The notes beneath the pieces are model-generated. The model saw nothing but the letters and a program-made list of their open reading frames with translations. It did no database searches and was not told the origin of the DNA. From the NCBI GenBank assembly GCA_036676395.1, contig JAKFCY010000002.1, positions 1,984,001-2,048,000 of the forward strand: 64,000 bases of DNA. The letters are read 5' to 3'. The first letter of the stretch is position 1, and each line of letters starts with the position of its first letter. This DNA comes from Bdellovibrio sp. Lineage in GTDB: Bacteria; Bdellovibrionota; Bdellovibrionia; Bdellovibrionales; Bdellovibrionaceae. Positions 20,021-30,003 of this stretch are shown here, one piece after another. Both the position numbers and the translations under genes were made by a program.

Positions 20021-21288
20021 AAATTTCCGATCAGCAAAAAGAAGAAAATAGCTACGCCCGTTGGCGCAAGAGCAGCTAAAAGCAGTTTTGCCGCATTCAG
20101 GCTGCCATTTGGAAAACGCGGCGATAAAATTGAAAACCCTGCAGGATTTGGCGCATTGGCAAGAATTGTTAATCCCCCGCCCGTGACTGCCCCTGAAACT
20201 AGGGCCCATTTTGAAGTCTCGGTTAAAGTTTCTACCTGCGAACCCAGATAAGTCAGGGCCGCATTATCAGTAATAGCTGTTAACCCGACAGAGGCAAAAA
20301 ATAAGGTTTTATCTGTGATGACTTCAAGAATTGGGGTTAACCACCACTTTTGCAATGAACCAAAAGTAATTAACCCGGCTAAGAAAAATCCCACCAAAAA
20401 AGCTTCTTTAAATTTTAAACCGTCTTGGTATTTTTTTGTTACCGTTGTTAAACCAATGAAGGCCATAAAGAAACTCATAAACACATTTTGGTAATGAGAA
20501 CTCATCACCACGAACACCATAAGTAAAACATGCAGAGTGATAACCCACCAAGGCATTGGATAATGTTCAGCCTCAAGCTGAGTAACTTGTTCTGCAATTT
20601 TTCGTTTGAAAAACACACAAAAGAAAAAAGCATTCACGAACACCGAACAAATCACCGCTTCGCCTAAATTTGTAAAAACATCTTTTAAGCCCCAACCGAA
20701 TTTTTGCGCCACGATCAGAATTGGAGGCGCGGCAAAATGCGTAAGCCCCCCGCCGATAGAGACATTCACGAAAAGTAAGGCCAGCACACCGTACAATAAT
20801 TTTTCGTCGGCTTTATTCAGCATGCGGTAAAGCAATAAGGCTAAAATTGTAATGGCCGCGGGCTCTGTAATAAATGAACCCAGCATCGGACCAAAACTTA
20901 ATAATACAAATATCTGAATGATTTTTTCATCAACCGGAACAATACGGCTTAAAACGCGAACGATCGATAATAAAAACGTTCGCGCAATTGTGACAATCGG
21001 GCGCGTCGACGCTAAGATCATAATACAAAACACAAACAGGGGTTCTGTCATATTCAGCGACTGCTGGTATTCAATAACTGGCGCCGGGCCAGCTAACACG
21101 GCCCAGGTCGATAGAAAAATGGCGGCCCAAAAACCAAAGACAACTTCAACTTCAGCCAGCAAATGAAAAAAAGATTCACCGATTGAATCTTCAGGAAACT
21201 TCTTACTGAATTTAGCAAAAATAGGCGTTAAAAAGCTGTGCACCAAAGCACCGGCTAAAAAAATGGTCGATAGAACTTCTATTGGCAT
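20017..21288 (-). CDS. Putative Na+/H+ antiporter (DUF1504-type)
   Basis: HLLAEVEVVFGFW, GSFITEPAA, NVSIGGGLTHFAAPP, TDNAALTYL, GGGLTILANAPNPAG. Confidence 0.8.
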   Translation of the reverse strand: MPIEVLSTIFLAGALVHSFLTPIFAKFSKKFPEDSIGESFFHLLAEVEVVFGFWAAIFLSTWAVLAGPAPVIEYQQSLNMTEPLFVFCIMILASTRPIVTIARTFLLSIVRVLSRIVPVDEKIIQIFVLLSFGPMLGSFITEPAAITILALLLYRMLNKADEKLLYGVLALLFVNVSIGGGLTHFAAPPILIVAQKFGWGLKDVFTNLGEAVICSVFVNAFFFCVFFKRKIAEQVTQLEAEHYPMPWWVITLHVLLMVFVVMSSHYQNVFMSFFMAFIGLTTVTKKYQDGLKFKEAFLVGFFLAGLITFGSLQKWWLTPILEVITDKTLFFASVGLTAITDNAALTYLGSQVETLTETSKWALVSGAVTGGGLTILANAPNPAGFSILSPRFPNGSLNAAKLLLAALAPTGVAIFFFLLIGNF

Positions 21289-22073
21289 AGATTTTTGTTA
21301 ACTTCCATGTACTGATGCTGTTCTTTGATCTCGGCTGCAGAAACCGTCAGGTCATCTACACTGCAGTGATTTTCTTTGATTTCACTTTCAATGGCCATCA
21401 CTTCACGTGGAGTCATTTTTAAATTCCAGATGTATTTAATTTCTAACCAGTTACGTAAATATTCACACACATAAGCTTTTGTTGGCGGAACATATTCTAA
21501 CGGGCTTTTATCGCTTTTTTTCATGTTCTCGGGACCATTCACTGCTAACAGATGAAATTTATTTCCTAAAAAGTTGGCGTATAAGCAGCGTTTTGCTTTA
21601 TCCCAAGTGTGACCACCGGTCATGTAAGCATTTTTAAGCGCCACGACGTGATCAATTTGAATATCAGCAGCATCGCTGTAAGTTTGATTGGTGTATGGAT
21701 CAAACCACTGGCCAGAAAGCACTGTGCATTTTTCGTTTGTCGCAATATCACCGATTGAATCACGTTTTAAAACGATGCCACGTGTATTTAAGCATGATGA
21801 TTTATCAGGTCTGATCCAATCGCCGAATTGATCATCACGATCGTAATCAACGGCCGGTAGCGGAAAAGTAGAGTTTACTTTTTTAAAAGCAGCCAAGTTA
21901 ATGCGCTCGCCAGTGGCTGTCGCAAATGTAAAGTAAGAAGAGTATTTAAAGGTTTCTTGGCTTGCCTGAGTAAGCTCACTATAAGCCCAAGTTTGCGCAA
22001 TAGAAGAATCATAAGCCTGTGCAAATACTGCAAAGAACAACAATCCTGTGAATAAGAAATTTTTTAGCATCAT
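21279..22073 (-). CDS. Secreted HNH-type nuclease (DUF1524 family)
   Basis: Signal peptide; C.NTR..VL.RD, GQWFDPY, IDHVVAL, N..KSDK.P. Confidence 0.8.
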   Translation of the reverse strand: MMLKNFLFTGLLFFAVFAQAYDSSIAQTWAYSELTQASQETFKYSSYFTFATATGERINLAAFKKVNSTFPLPAVDYDRDDQFGDWIRPDKSSCLNTRGIVLKRDSIGDIATNEKCTVLSGQWFDPYTNQTYSDAADIQIDHVVALKNAYMTGGHTWDKAKRCLYANFLGNKFHLLAVNGPENMKKSDKSPLEYVPPTKAYVCEYLRNWLEIKYIWNLKMTPREVMAIESEIKENHCSVDDLTVSAAEIKEQHQYMEVNKNLCQ

Positions 22074-22150
22074 CCTTCAACCCCTTCCTTGAAGTTTGAA
22101 ATCAACTTGGCTACATTTCATTAAATTAACACAGAGAACTCAAGAGAATA

Positions 22151-23065
22151 ATGAAAGATACTTTTAAACCTTTATTTTGTGCCTCATCTTTTTACACAGA
22201 ATATCAAGATTGCTTTAGAATCATTGATGCAGCTGTTTATGAATTGCATTGGGATAAAACTTCTGAAGTGATGCTTTGGGCAGCTTTATTATCAATGCTA
22301 AGACGCCGCACAGACTGGTTTCAGGGCATTAGTTCCACATTGCCTCAACCTACATCAGACACTTCTCCCCACTATGAGATCTACGCACTTGCGCAGAAAT
22401 TAAATATCGATTGGCCAAAAAAATTAGCGAAAGATATTTCGTTTGCCGAGTTTTTAAGAACCGTAAAAATAAAACCGCTGCCTGCAGTTGCACAAACGGC
22501 AATGTATTTTATTTTTACCAAGAAATATCCCATCACAGTTTTAGATTACGAACCAAGCCCGAAAGAACTTTTGCAGATTCAATGCGAAGGTAAAAGAATC
22601 ATTACTTTTAAAAATGACTTTGCTAAGTGGCCGACCCAAAAATTTGGCAAACGTGACCCGCTTAGCTTTTGGTTACATGACTGTATTCATGCAGAACATT
22701 TTTTTTCTCAAGCCGATAACTTCACAGCCCAGCTTGGTTTTTACAAATTCGTGGCCGATGCCTATGCCGCCCGTTGTTGGCCTGAACTTGCTGATAATCA
22801 GGGGTTTGAGGGCGATTTTTCGTACCTAATTTCTGATATGAATTCGCACCCGTTGCATCTTTTTAAGACCTTAAAGGCGATAACTGACATTCACTTTAAA
22901 GCTGAATCTGTTGGCATTTGGAACAAGGTCATAGCGACCTCTCAAGGGTCAACAGAAGAGTTGAATGCCTTGCGTAATCTCAACACCACTTATTTTGTCG
23001 ATAACGACTGCGACGCCCTGCTGCAATTAACAAAACGTCTGGGTGCACAGGGCTATCAAAGTTAG
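22151..23065 (+). CDS. Conserved hypothetical protein with HDxxH motif
   Basis: 304-aa ORF; RDPLSFWLHDCIHAEHF, QLGF, YLISDMN. Confidence 0.6.
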   Translation: MKDTFKPLFCASSFYTEYQDCFRIIDAAVYELHWDKTSEVMLWAALLSMLRRRTDWFQGISSTLPQPTSDTSPHYEIYALAQKLNIDWPKKLAKDISFAEFLRTVKIKPLPAVAQTAMYFIFTKKYPITVLDYEPSPKELLQIQCEGKRIITFKNDFAKWPTQKFGKRDPLSFWLHDCIHAEHFFSQADNFTAQLGFYKFVADAYAARCWPELADNQGFEGDFSYLISDMNSHPLHLFKTLKAITDIHFKAESVGIWNKVIATSQGSTEELNALRNLNTTYFVDNDCDALLQLTKRLGAQGYQS

Positions 23066-23068
23066 CCC

Positions 23069-23097
23069 TTCGAAAGTCTAAAGCCCCTTGGTATACT
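23069..23097 (+). promoter_or_regulatory. Sigma-70 promoter for the small ORF
   Basis: TTCGAA-N17-TATACT with extended TG. Confidence 0.6.
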
Positions 23098-23145
23098 CGT
23101 TAGTGTGTCGGATATGACACATTAACGATATAGAAAGGAGGCAAA

Positions 23146-23292
23146 ATGGAAATTAGCACAGCGAAAAATTCGAACGCGAAAACTGAATCTCAAAATTCAG
23201 CAAACACTACTTCGGCGAATCATTCAGCGCCTCAACAGGCGAAACCACTTGCTCTAAAAAAGCGTAAACGCAAAGCCCCTGCAGGCTGGTAG
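23146..23292 (+). CDS. Small protein, 48 aa, low-complexity with a basic C-terminus
   Basis: AGAAAGGAGG SD 5 nt before ATG; MEISTAKNSNAKTESQNSANTTSANHSAPQQAKPLALKKRKRKAPAGW; below the ORF-track cutoff. Confidence 0.7.
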   Translation: MEISTAKNSNAKTESQNSANTTSANHSAPQQAKPLALKKRKRKAPAGW

Positions 23293-23345
23293 CACTTCTT
23301 TGTAAGTGCTTCCGCCGGGCTTCCCGGCGTGATAGTTATTAACTC

Positions 23346-23960
23346 ATGAAATTATATTACTCTCACATTTCTCCGTTCACCCGTAAGGTGCTAGCAACTG
23401 CAATCATTGCTGGCCTTTACGACAAAATCGAAATCATCGACTTAATGGCTTCTGGCACCTTTCAACCTACCAACGAATTTAAAAAAGCTAATCCGTTAGC
23501 AAAAATTCCGACCCTGGTTTTGGCCAATGGCGAAGCTGTCATTAATTCTCCGGTGATCTGTGAATACTTAGATGCAAAATCGGTAATGGGTTCGATTTAC
23601 CCTACAAATGAAGAAGCTTATTTCTTACAGAAGAAATTCGAAGCTTTAGCCGATGGCTGTATGGATGCTGCGGTTCTTAGAAGATACGAATCTCTTCGTC
23701 CAGTGGCTCAGCAAAGTGCCGAGTATGATGAAAAACAAAAAGAGAAAATGGCTTTAAGTTTTGCGTACTTTGAATCGATGGTTTCTAAACTTGGAACTTC
23801 TGAGTTCTTTATCGGCGAGATCAGCATCGTTTCGATGATTGGTTATGCGGACTACCGTTTTGCTTCAGAAAACTGGTTGGCTAAGGCTCCGAATTTGAAA
23901 AAATGGTATGACCAAGTTCGGGTTTTACCGCTGTTTATGCAAACAGAGCCTAAAAAATAG
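23346..23960 (+). CDS. Glutathione S-transferase family protein
   Basis: SPFTRKV, NPLAKIPTL, NSPVICEYLD, EALADG. Confidence 0.9.
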   Translation: MKLYYSHISPFTRKVLATAIIAGLYDKIEIIDLMASGTFQPTNEFKKANPLAKIPTLVLANGEAVINSPVICEYLDAKSVMGSIYPTNEEAYFLQKKFEALADGCMDAAVLRRYESLRPVAQQSAEYDEKQKEKMALSFAYFESMVSKLGTSEFFIGEISIVSMIGYADYRFASENWLAKAPNLKKWYDQVRVLPLFMQTEPKK

Positions 23961-24047
23961 GTTTTTTCTGCAGAAATTTACCCTGTTATTTGACAAGGGT
24001 TCGGTTCGCCTTTAAAACAATTGTTCACTTTGAATATCTTTGTCGGT

Positions 24048-24124
<77 letters not shown>

Positions 24125-24168
24125 ATTTTTTTAGTTTGTCGCAAGACAAGCACATAGCTCCGAGGGTG

Positions 24169-24244
24169 CGCCCGAGGAGAGTCTCTCTGGAAATGAGCCT
24201 CTAGGAGAGATATTAAACCCGCAGAAATGTGGGTTTTTTACTTT
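24169..24244 (+). repeat. Direct repeat copy 1 (about 75 bp), downstream of the tRNA
   Basis: 40/48 identical to 34915-34962 without gaps, followed by a similar CCYGCA..ATGTGGGTTTT segment. Confidence 0.85.
24215..24239 (+). terminator. Intrinsic terminator of the tRNA transcript
   Basis: AAACCCGC-AGAAAT-GTGGGTTT hairpin running into a T6 tract. Confidence 0.75.
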
Positions 24245-24277
24245 GACAAAAAGCTTCGCCAACTTTCATATGAACCC

Positions 24278-24727
24278 ATGAGACCATCTAAAGTAGCCAA
24301 TCTAATGAACCTAGCCGAAGTTGTCGCCCAGAGATCTCATGATGCCGAAACTCATGTCGGAGCTCTGCTTGTATCAAATAAAACCGGAGCCATTCTTGCG
24401 ACGGGCTTTAATGGTTTTGTTCGCGGCACCAACGATAAAGAATTACCCAACACCCGTCCCGATAAATATCCTTACATGGTTCATGCTGAACAAAACCTTA
24501 TCGCCAACTGCGCCCGCCACGGAATTTCAATGGATGACTGCACAGTGGTTTGCACGCATTCACCCTGCGTTGTCTGCATGCGATTATTATTTCAATGTGG
24601 TATTACCGAAGTTCTTTTTAAGGTTTCATACACTGACTCTGAAAAGGTCAAAGAGATGAAAGACATCAAAGTTATCGAAATAGAAACTGAAGAGCCTGGT
24701 ATCAAAAAATTAAGATACGAAGTCTAA
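24278..24727 (+). CDS. dCMP deaminase (ComEB-like)
   Basis: VGALLV, TGFNG, HAEQN, SPCVVC zinc motif; ATG 24278 chosen because 24227 lies inside the terminator. Confidence 0.85.
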   Translation: MRPSKVANLMNLAEVVAQRSHDAETHVGALLVSNKTGAILATGFNGFVRGTNDKELPNTRPDKYPYMVHAEQNLIANCARHGISMDDCTVVCTHSPCVVCMRLLFQCGITEVLFKVSYTDSEKVKEMKDIKVIEIETEEPGIKKLRYEV

Positions 24728-24797
24728 AAAATAAATAAATTATTTGTCACAAATAGCGCTTACCAATCATAGTACTTAGAGAAGAAGGTATTTAGGT

Positions 24798-27700
24798 ATG
24801 CTAGATCGTATTATTAAGTTTTCTCTTTCTCACCGTCTATTGGTGATCGCTTTTGCGGCATTAATAGTGTCGTATGGCGGCTGGATTGCCACAAACTTGC
24901 CGGTCGACGTTTTCCCCGATTTAAACAGACCCACAGTTACGGTAATGACTGAGGCCACTGGGCTAGCGCCTGAAGAAGTCGAAACCCTCGTTACCTTTCC
25001 TTTAGAAACAGCTCTTAATGGCCTTCCCGGCGTTGAAAGAGTTCGGTCTAACTCTGGTGTTGGGCTGAGTATCGTTTATATCGAGTTCGCATGGGGAACA
25101 GATATTTTTAGAAACCGCCAATTAGTTCAAGAAAAACTTTCTTTAGCTCAAGCAAAACTTCCAAAAAACATGACTCCTATTATGGGCCCGATTTCTTCTA
25201 TCATGGGAGAAATTCAACTGATTGGTTTAACTTCTCAAGATCCAGAAATAAAACCGATGGATCTAAGAACCCTAGCGGATTGGACGATTAGGCCGCGCCT
25301 ACTTAGCATTCCAGGAATTGCCCAGGTCATTTCAATTGGTGGCGGCGTAAGACAATACCAAATTTTATTATCTGCAGAAAAAATTCAGAAGTTACAGCTT
25401 TCAATTGAAGATATTGAAAACAATCTTTCAAAAGTGAGCCTGAACTCGACCGGTGGATTTATTAATATTGAAAAAAATGAGTCGTTGATCCGGGTCATTG
25501 GTGCGATCAGAAACAAAGAAGAAATCCTTGATTCAGTCGTTGGATTTCATCTGGGGCGACCGGTTGTTGTTCGCGATGTGGCTGAAGTTCGGGAAGCGCC
25601 GCAAACTATGCGTGGCGAAGCCAGCGTAAACGCCAAAAGTGGTGTCATCATCAGTGTGCAAAAACAACCTGGCGCAAGCACAATTGATCTTACCAAAGAA
25701 ATTGAAAAAGCTTTAGCTGAGCTAAAAACATCACTACCTGCAAAAGTTGAACTTAATTCTAATTTATTTAAACAAGCCCATTTTATTGAATCATCAATCG
25801 ATAATGTAAAAGAAGCCCTTCGCGATGGCGTGATTTTAGTTTTAATCGTGCTCTTTCTATTCTTAATGAATTTCAGAACAACCGTCATTACAATGACAGC
25901 AATCCCCTTAAGTTTTGTTTTGACGGCTGTTGTTTTTCATTTTTTCGGATTAACAGTTAATACCATGACTTTAGGTGGCTTAGCTATCGCCATTGGTGAA
26001 CTTGTCGATGATGCCATTGTTGATGTTGAAAATGTCTTTCGTAGATTACGAGAAAATAATCTGTCTGCAAATCCTAAAAACACATTAAAAGTTATTTACG
26101 AAGCTTCAAGCGAAGTTAGAAACTCAATTGTTATTGCCACTGTTATCGTATGCCTTGTGTTTATTCCACTGTTTACAATGAGTGGAATTGAAGGAAAATT
26201 ATTCGTACCATTGGGAATTGCCTATATCGTTTCGCTGATTGCTTCTATGGTGATTTCGTTAACGGTAACGCCTGTTTTATGCTCGTATTTACTTAGCAAA
26301 AAAAGTCTTCTTGAACATAAGGAGGGAAAGCTTGTTACTACTTTGAAAGCTTGGGACACAAAACTACTTCTCAAGGCAATTAAGCATCCGCGCGCAGTTA
26401 TAGGTATAACGGCCGCACTTTTTATATTTTCTCTTATCATAGCCTCATTTATGGGGCGCGATTTCCTGCCAAAATTTAATGAAGGCACGGCAACTATTTC
26501 AATGATGGCCCAGCCTGGTATTTCACTTGAAGAGTCTAATAAATTAGGTTTTCAGGCCGAAGAACTTATTTTAAAAACGCCAGAAGTTAAATCAGTGTCT
26601 CGCCGGACTGGTCGCGCCGAGCAAGACGAACACGCTGAAGGCGTTCATTCATCTGAAATTGATGTGGACTTTAAAGAAACTGGTCGTCCCCGTGCAATCG
26701 TGCTCGATGAAATCAGAAATAACTTATCTTCGATTGAGAATGTCTTTATCAATATCGGCCAACCTATTTCTCACAGATTAGACCATTTGCTTTCTGGTGT
26801 TCGCGCCCAAATTGCTATAAAAATATTTGGACCCGACCTTACTGTTTTAAGATCTAAATCTGCCGAGATCTTTAAAGCTATCGAAGGCACTACAGGTCTA
26901 ACAGACCTGCAAGTCGAACAACAAGTTTTAATACCACAGGTGAAAATTCAGCTCTTACGTGATGAAGCCCTTAAATATGGTATTGTCGTTGGCGAACTTT
27001 CTGCCTTAATGGAAAAAGCTTTACAAGGTGAAGTGGTAGGGCAAATTTTAGAAGGTCAAAAAAGTATCGACCTTTTAATGAGATTCGACGAGAAATCTCG
27101 CACAGACCTTGAACTTATAAAATCAACCGCCATCAAAACTATGCCAGATGGAACAAAAATTACGGTTGAAAAAGTGGCCGATGTTTATGAATCTACAGGG
27201 CCCAATATCATCAACAGAGAAAATGCGCAGCGACGAATTGTTGTTTTAGCAAATTCTTCAGGTAGGGATCTAGATAGTTTAGTTAAAGAAATTCAAAGTA
27301 AGATTAAGCAAAATGTCGAACTGCCAGAAACATATTTTGTGACCTACGGGGGGCAGTTTGAAAGCCAGCAACAGGCCGCTCGCTTAATGATTGTACTAGG
27401 CTTACTAGCTATTGCAGGTATCTTTATAGTTTTATACGCCCACTTTAAATCTACATTTATTTCGTTTCAGGTTATGTTGAATATTCCGATGGCTTTTATC
27501 GGTGGTATTATTGGAATTTATTTAACTGATAAAACGATTTCTATTGCTAGCTTAGTTGCCTTCGTCACGTTGTGCGGTATCGCATCCCGTAATGGCATCA
27601 TGATGATTTCTCATTATTTACATTTATTGCAACATGAGGGCGAGAAGTTTACCCAAGAAATGGTCATTCGCGGTTCGCTTGAAAGACTTGTTCCTGTTTT

Positions 27701-27929
27701 GATGACTGCACTTACTGCTATTATCGGTTTAATGCCGTTAGTATTTGCCGGAGGCGAGCCAGGTAAAGAGATTCTGCATCCTGTGGCCGTCGTCATCGTG
27801 GGCGGACTTATAAGCTCTACCCTATTAGATATTTTTGTAACTCCGACCGTATTTTTTCATTATGGAAAAAAATCAGCGGAGAAAAGTCTTGAACGCACAA
27901 ACCAAACTAATTTATTCGAAGGAGCTTAA
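24798..27929 (+). CDS. CusA/CzcA-family heavy-metal efflux RND transporter
   Basis: LPVDVFPD, APEEVETLVTFP.E, NTMTLGGLAIAIG.LVDDAIVDVEN, RLVPVLMTA; 1043 aa. Confidence 0.95.
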   Translation: MLDRIIKFSLSHRLLVIAFAALIVSYGGWIATNLPVDVFPDLNRPTVTVMTEATGLAPEEVETLVTFPLETALNGLPGVERVRSNSGVGLSIVYIEFAWGTDIFRNRQLVQEKLSLAQAKLPKNMTPIMGPISSIMGEIQLIGLTSQDPEIKPMDLRTLADWTIRPRLLSIPGIAQVISIGGGVRQYQILLSAEKIQKLQLSIEDIENNLSKVSLNSTGGFINIEKNESLIRVIGAIRNKEEILDSVVGFHLGRPVVVRDVAEVREAPQTMRGEASVNAKSGVIISVQKQPGASTIDLTKEIEKALAELKTSLPAKVELNSNLFKQAHFIESSIDNVKEALRDGVILVLIVLFLFLMNFRTTVITMTAIPLSFVLTAVVFHFFGLTVNTMTLGGLAIAIGELVDDAIVDVENVFRRLRENNLSANPKNTLKVIYEASSEVRNSIVIATVIVCLVFIPLFTMSGIEGKLFVPLGIAYIVSLIASMVISLTVTPVLCSYLLSKKSLLEHKEGKLVTTLKAWDTKLLLKAIKHPRAVIGITAALFIFSLIIASFMGRDFLPKFNEGTATISMMAQPGISLEESNKLGFQAEELILKTPEVKSVSRRTGRAEQDEHAEGVHSSEIDVDFKETGRPRAIVLDEIRNNLSSIENVFINIGQPISHRLDHLLSGVRAQIAIKIFGPDLTVLRSKSAEIFKAIEGTTGLTDLQVEQQVLIPQVKIQLLRDEALKYGIVVGELSALMEKALQGEVVGQILEGQKSIDLLMRFDEKSRTDLELIKSTAIKTMPDGTKITVEKVADVYESTGPNIINRENAQRRIVVLANSSGRDLDSLVKEIQSKIKQNVELPETYFVTYGGQFESQQQAARLMIVLGLLAIAGIFIVLYAHFKSTFISFQVMLNIPMAFIGGIIGIYLTDKTISIASLVAFVTLCGIASRNGIMMISHYLHLLQHEGEKFTQEMVIRGSLERLVPVLMTALTAIIGLMPLVFAGGEPGKEILHPVAVVIVGGLISSTLLDIFVTPTVFFHYGKKSAEKSLERTNQTNLFEGA

Positions 27930-27931
27930 AT

Positions 27932-28324
27932 ATGTTTAAAAAAATGATCTTCACTACGGTTTTATTATTAGCACTAAATCTATTTGCACACGATGGGCAT
28001 AATCAAACTCCGGGCTCGTTGAAAGCAAACCACGGCGGAACTGTTAAGACCGGAAAAGAAATCAATCTTGAATTTGTAGTTGCGGGAAATGAGCTAAAAT
28101 TATATCCAGCAAGCCACGAAGGCGCCGACTTAGCGCCGACTGAAGTTAAACTTAGCGCAACTGGCAAACTACCTAAAGGCAAACCTGAAGCTTTAAAAAT
28201 TGAATCAAAGAATGGGGTTTTGGTGGCGCCCATCGATTTTAAAACAGCCTACCGAATTGAAGTTATAGCTACGACCGAACACAAAGGTAAAAAAGATACT
28301 TTTAAATTTCAGGTTGAAAAATAG
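27932..28324 (+). CDS. Small secreted His-motif protein (probable periplasmic metal-binding protein)
   Basis: Signal peptide ending LFA, mature N-terminus HDGH, ANHGG. Confidence 0.65.
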   Translation: MFKKMIFTTVLLLALNLFAHDGHNQTPGSLKANHGGTVKTGKEINLEFVVAGNELKLYPASHEGADLAPTEVKLSATGKLPKGKPEALKIESKNGVLVAPIDFKTAYRIEVIATTEHKGKKDTFKFQVEK

Positions 28325-28335
28325 GAATTTTACAT

Positions 28336-29568
28336 ATGCAACTTTTGCGTAAAGCAGATTTCTTACTACCGCTTATTGTTTTGGGATTCACTGTTATTGC
28401 TGAATCCCAAACGCGGGCTGATTTAGAGAATAGATTGATTTCGTCTAATCAAGAACTTAAATCCCTGCAACAGGATATTTCAACGCAAGAAAATTTTAAA
28501 AATTCTACCTACTCGCCTTTCTTACCTAGCTTGAATGCTATAGGCGGCTTAGCAGAGATTAAAACCGATGATGATAGTTATAAAGGCCAAGTTGGCTACC
28601 TTCAGGGAACTGCGAATATATTTTCGGGTTTTAGCGACCGGGCTGCTTTTAATATCCAAACGCAAAAACATGAATTAGCCCGTCTAAATTATGAAATTGG
28701 CCTTCGTAAAATAAAAGAAGAGCTTACAGAAGTATTAACTTCAATGATTGGCATTCACCAGCTTGAAAAAATTTTGGATGAAGAATTTAAAATCACACAA
28801 ACCCAGAAACAGATGGCGGCACGTAAAGTCAGCGCTGGGCTTACTAGCCAAGTCGATAATTACGAGTTTGATTTACGCGAAAGTGAAATAGAAATTCAAC
28901 GGCGCAACATCGTGCGCGAGCATGAAGCTGTTCATCAAAAGCTAAATGCTTTATTTGACCAGGAAATTCAGGATAAAGAACTTGAAAGTCTAAAATTTGG
29001 CACCACAGGCACACTGGCTCAAGATGTAAATTTAACGTCTTTTGAAAGACACCCGCTGGTACTTAAAGCAAAACTTGAAGAACAAATTGCGCAATCAGAA
29101 AAAACTTCTGTAACGTCAGAATTTTTACCAAGAATAGATATTAATTATTCATTTGGAAGACTTACACCGACAGAGGATAAAGTTAAATACAATGAATCAG
29201 AAGTGGCCTTACTCATTACTATTCCACTTTTTTCAGGATTTGAAACCTATCATAAAAGAAAAGCCGCCGTTGCTAGCGTAGCTGCGAAAGAGCACGAAAA
29301 AAATCAAATTTTCTTAAATATAAAATCGCAGTTTGAACAATTAAAAATACGTGCCAAAGAACTTGTTGAACTGTACAGGATTATCGAACGCAAAGTTGCA
29401 ACTGCCGAAAAATACTACGGCTTAACTTTAGGTGAATATAAACGCGGGGTAAAAAACTCACCCGATTTGGTTGGCGCGACCGAGCGTTACTTCGATGCAA
29501 AAAAGAAAAAAATAGAAATTCAAAAAGAGCTTGAGCTAGTCCAGGTTCAACTCAACAACTACAGATAG
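28336..29568 (+). CDS. TolC-family outer membrane efflux protein
   Basis: Two OEP repeats (FLPSLNA / FLPRIDI), TIPLFSGF, YKRG. Confidence 0.85.
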   Translation: MQLLRKADFLLPLIVLGFTVIAESQTRADLENRLISSNQELKSLQQDISTQENFKNSTYSPFLPSLNAIGGLAEIKTDDDSYKGQVGYLQGTANIFSGFSDRAAFNIQTQKHELARLNYEIGLRKIKEELTEVLTSMIGIHQLEKILDEEFKITQTQKQMAARKVSAGLTSQVDNYEFDLRESEIEIQRRNIVREHEAVHQKLNALFDQEIQDKELESLKFGTTGTLAQDVNLTSFERHPLVLKAKLEEQIAQSEKTSVTSEFLPRIDINYSFGRLTPTEDKVKYNESEVALLITIPLFSGFETYHKRKAAVASVAAKEHEKNQIFLNIKSQFEQLKIRAKELVELYRIIERKVATAEKYYGLTLGEYKRGVKNSPDLVGATERYFDAKKKKIEIQKELELVQVQLNNYR

Positions 29569-29577
29569 GAAGAAAAA

Positions 29578-30003
29578 ATGAAAACAATATTAGCTTCAAT
29601 TTTATTAGTCATTTCACTAAAAGCATTCGCGCATGGCGAAGATAAATTCGGCCCTAATGGCGGATATTTAAAAATGCCCGGCGGATTCCATACCGAAGTA
29701 GTTCCCGAAAAAGACGGAAAAATTAAAATTTATCTATTAGACATTAATTTCAAAAACCCGACAGTAAAAAATTCTAAAGTTACAGCCTCGATCAATAATG
29801 ACAGCAAAAAAGATCTTAAGTGCACTGGCAAAAGAAATCATTTCATCTGTGAAACAACCAAAGCTGAACTTACAAAAGGAACTTTAAATATCGTAGCCGA
29901 AAGAAGTACTGTTAAGGGCGCAGAAGCCATTTATGAATTACCTTTAGCTTTAGCAAAACCTGGCACAGAAATGAAAGAGGAAGATCATGGAAGCCACCAC
30001 TAA
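29578..30003 (+). CDS. Small secreted His-motif protein
   Basis: Signal peptide ending AFA, HGEDKFGPNGG..GGFHTEV, YLLD, C-terminal DHGSHH. Confidence 0.65.
   Translation: MKTILASILLVISLKAFAHGEDKFGPNGGYLKMPGGFHTEVVPEKDGKIKIYLLDINFKNPTVKNSKVTASINNDSKKDLKCTGKRNHFICETTKAELTKGTLNIVAERSTVKGAEAIYELPLALAKPGTEMKEEDHGSHH

Noticed and set aside
24227..24277. Longer N-terminus for the dCMP deaminase
   Set aside because: ATG 24227 lies within the terminator hairpin; ATG 24278 follows a TTGACA element and fits the family length
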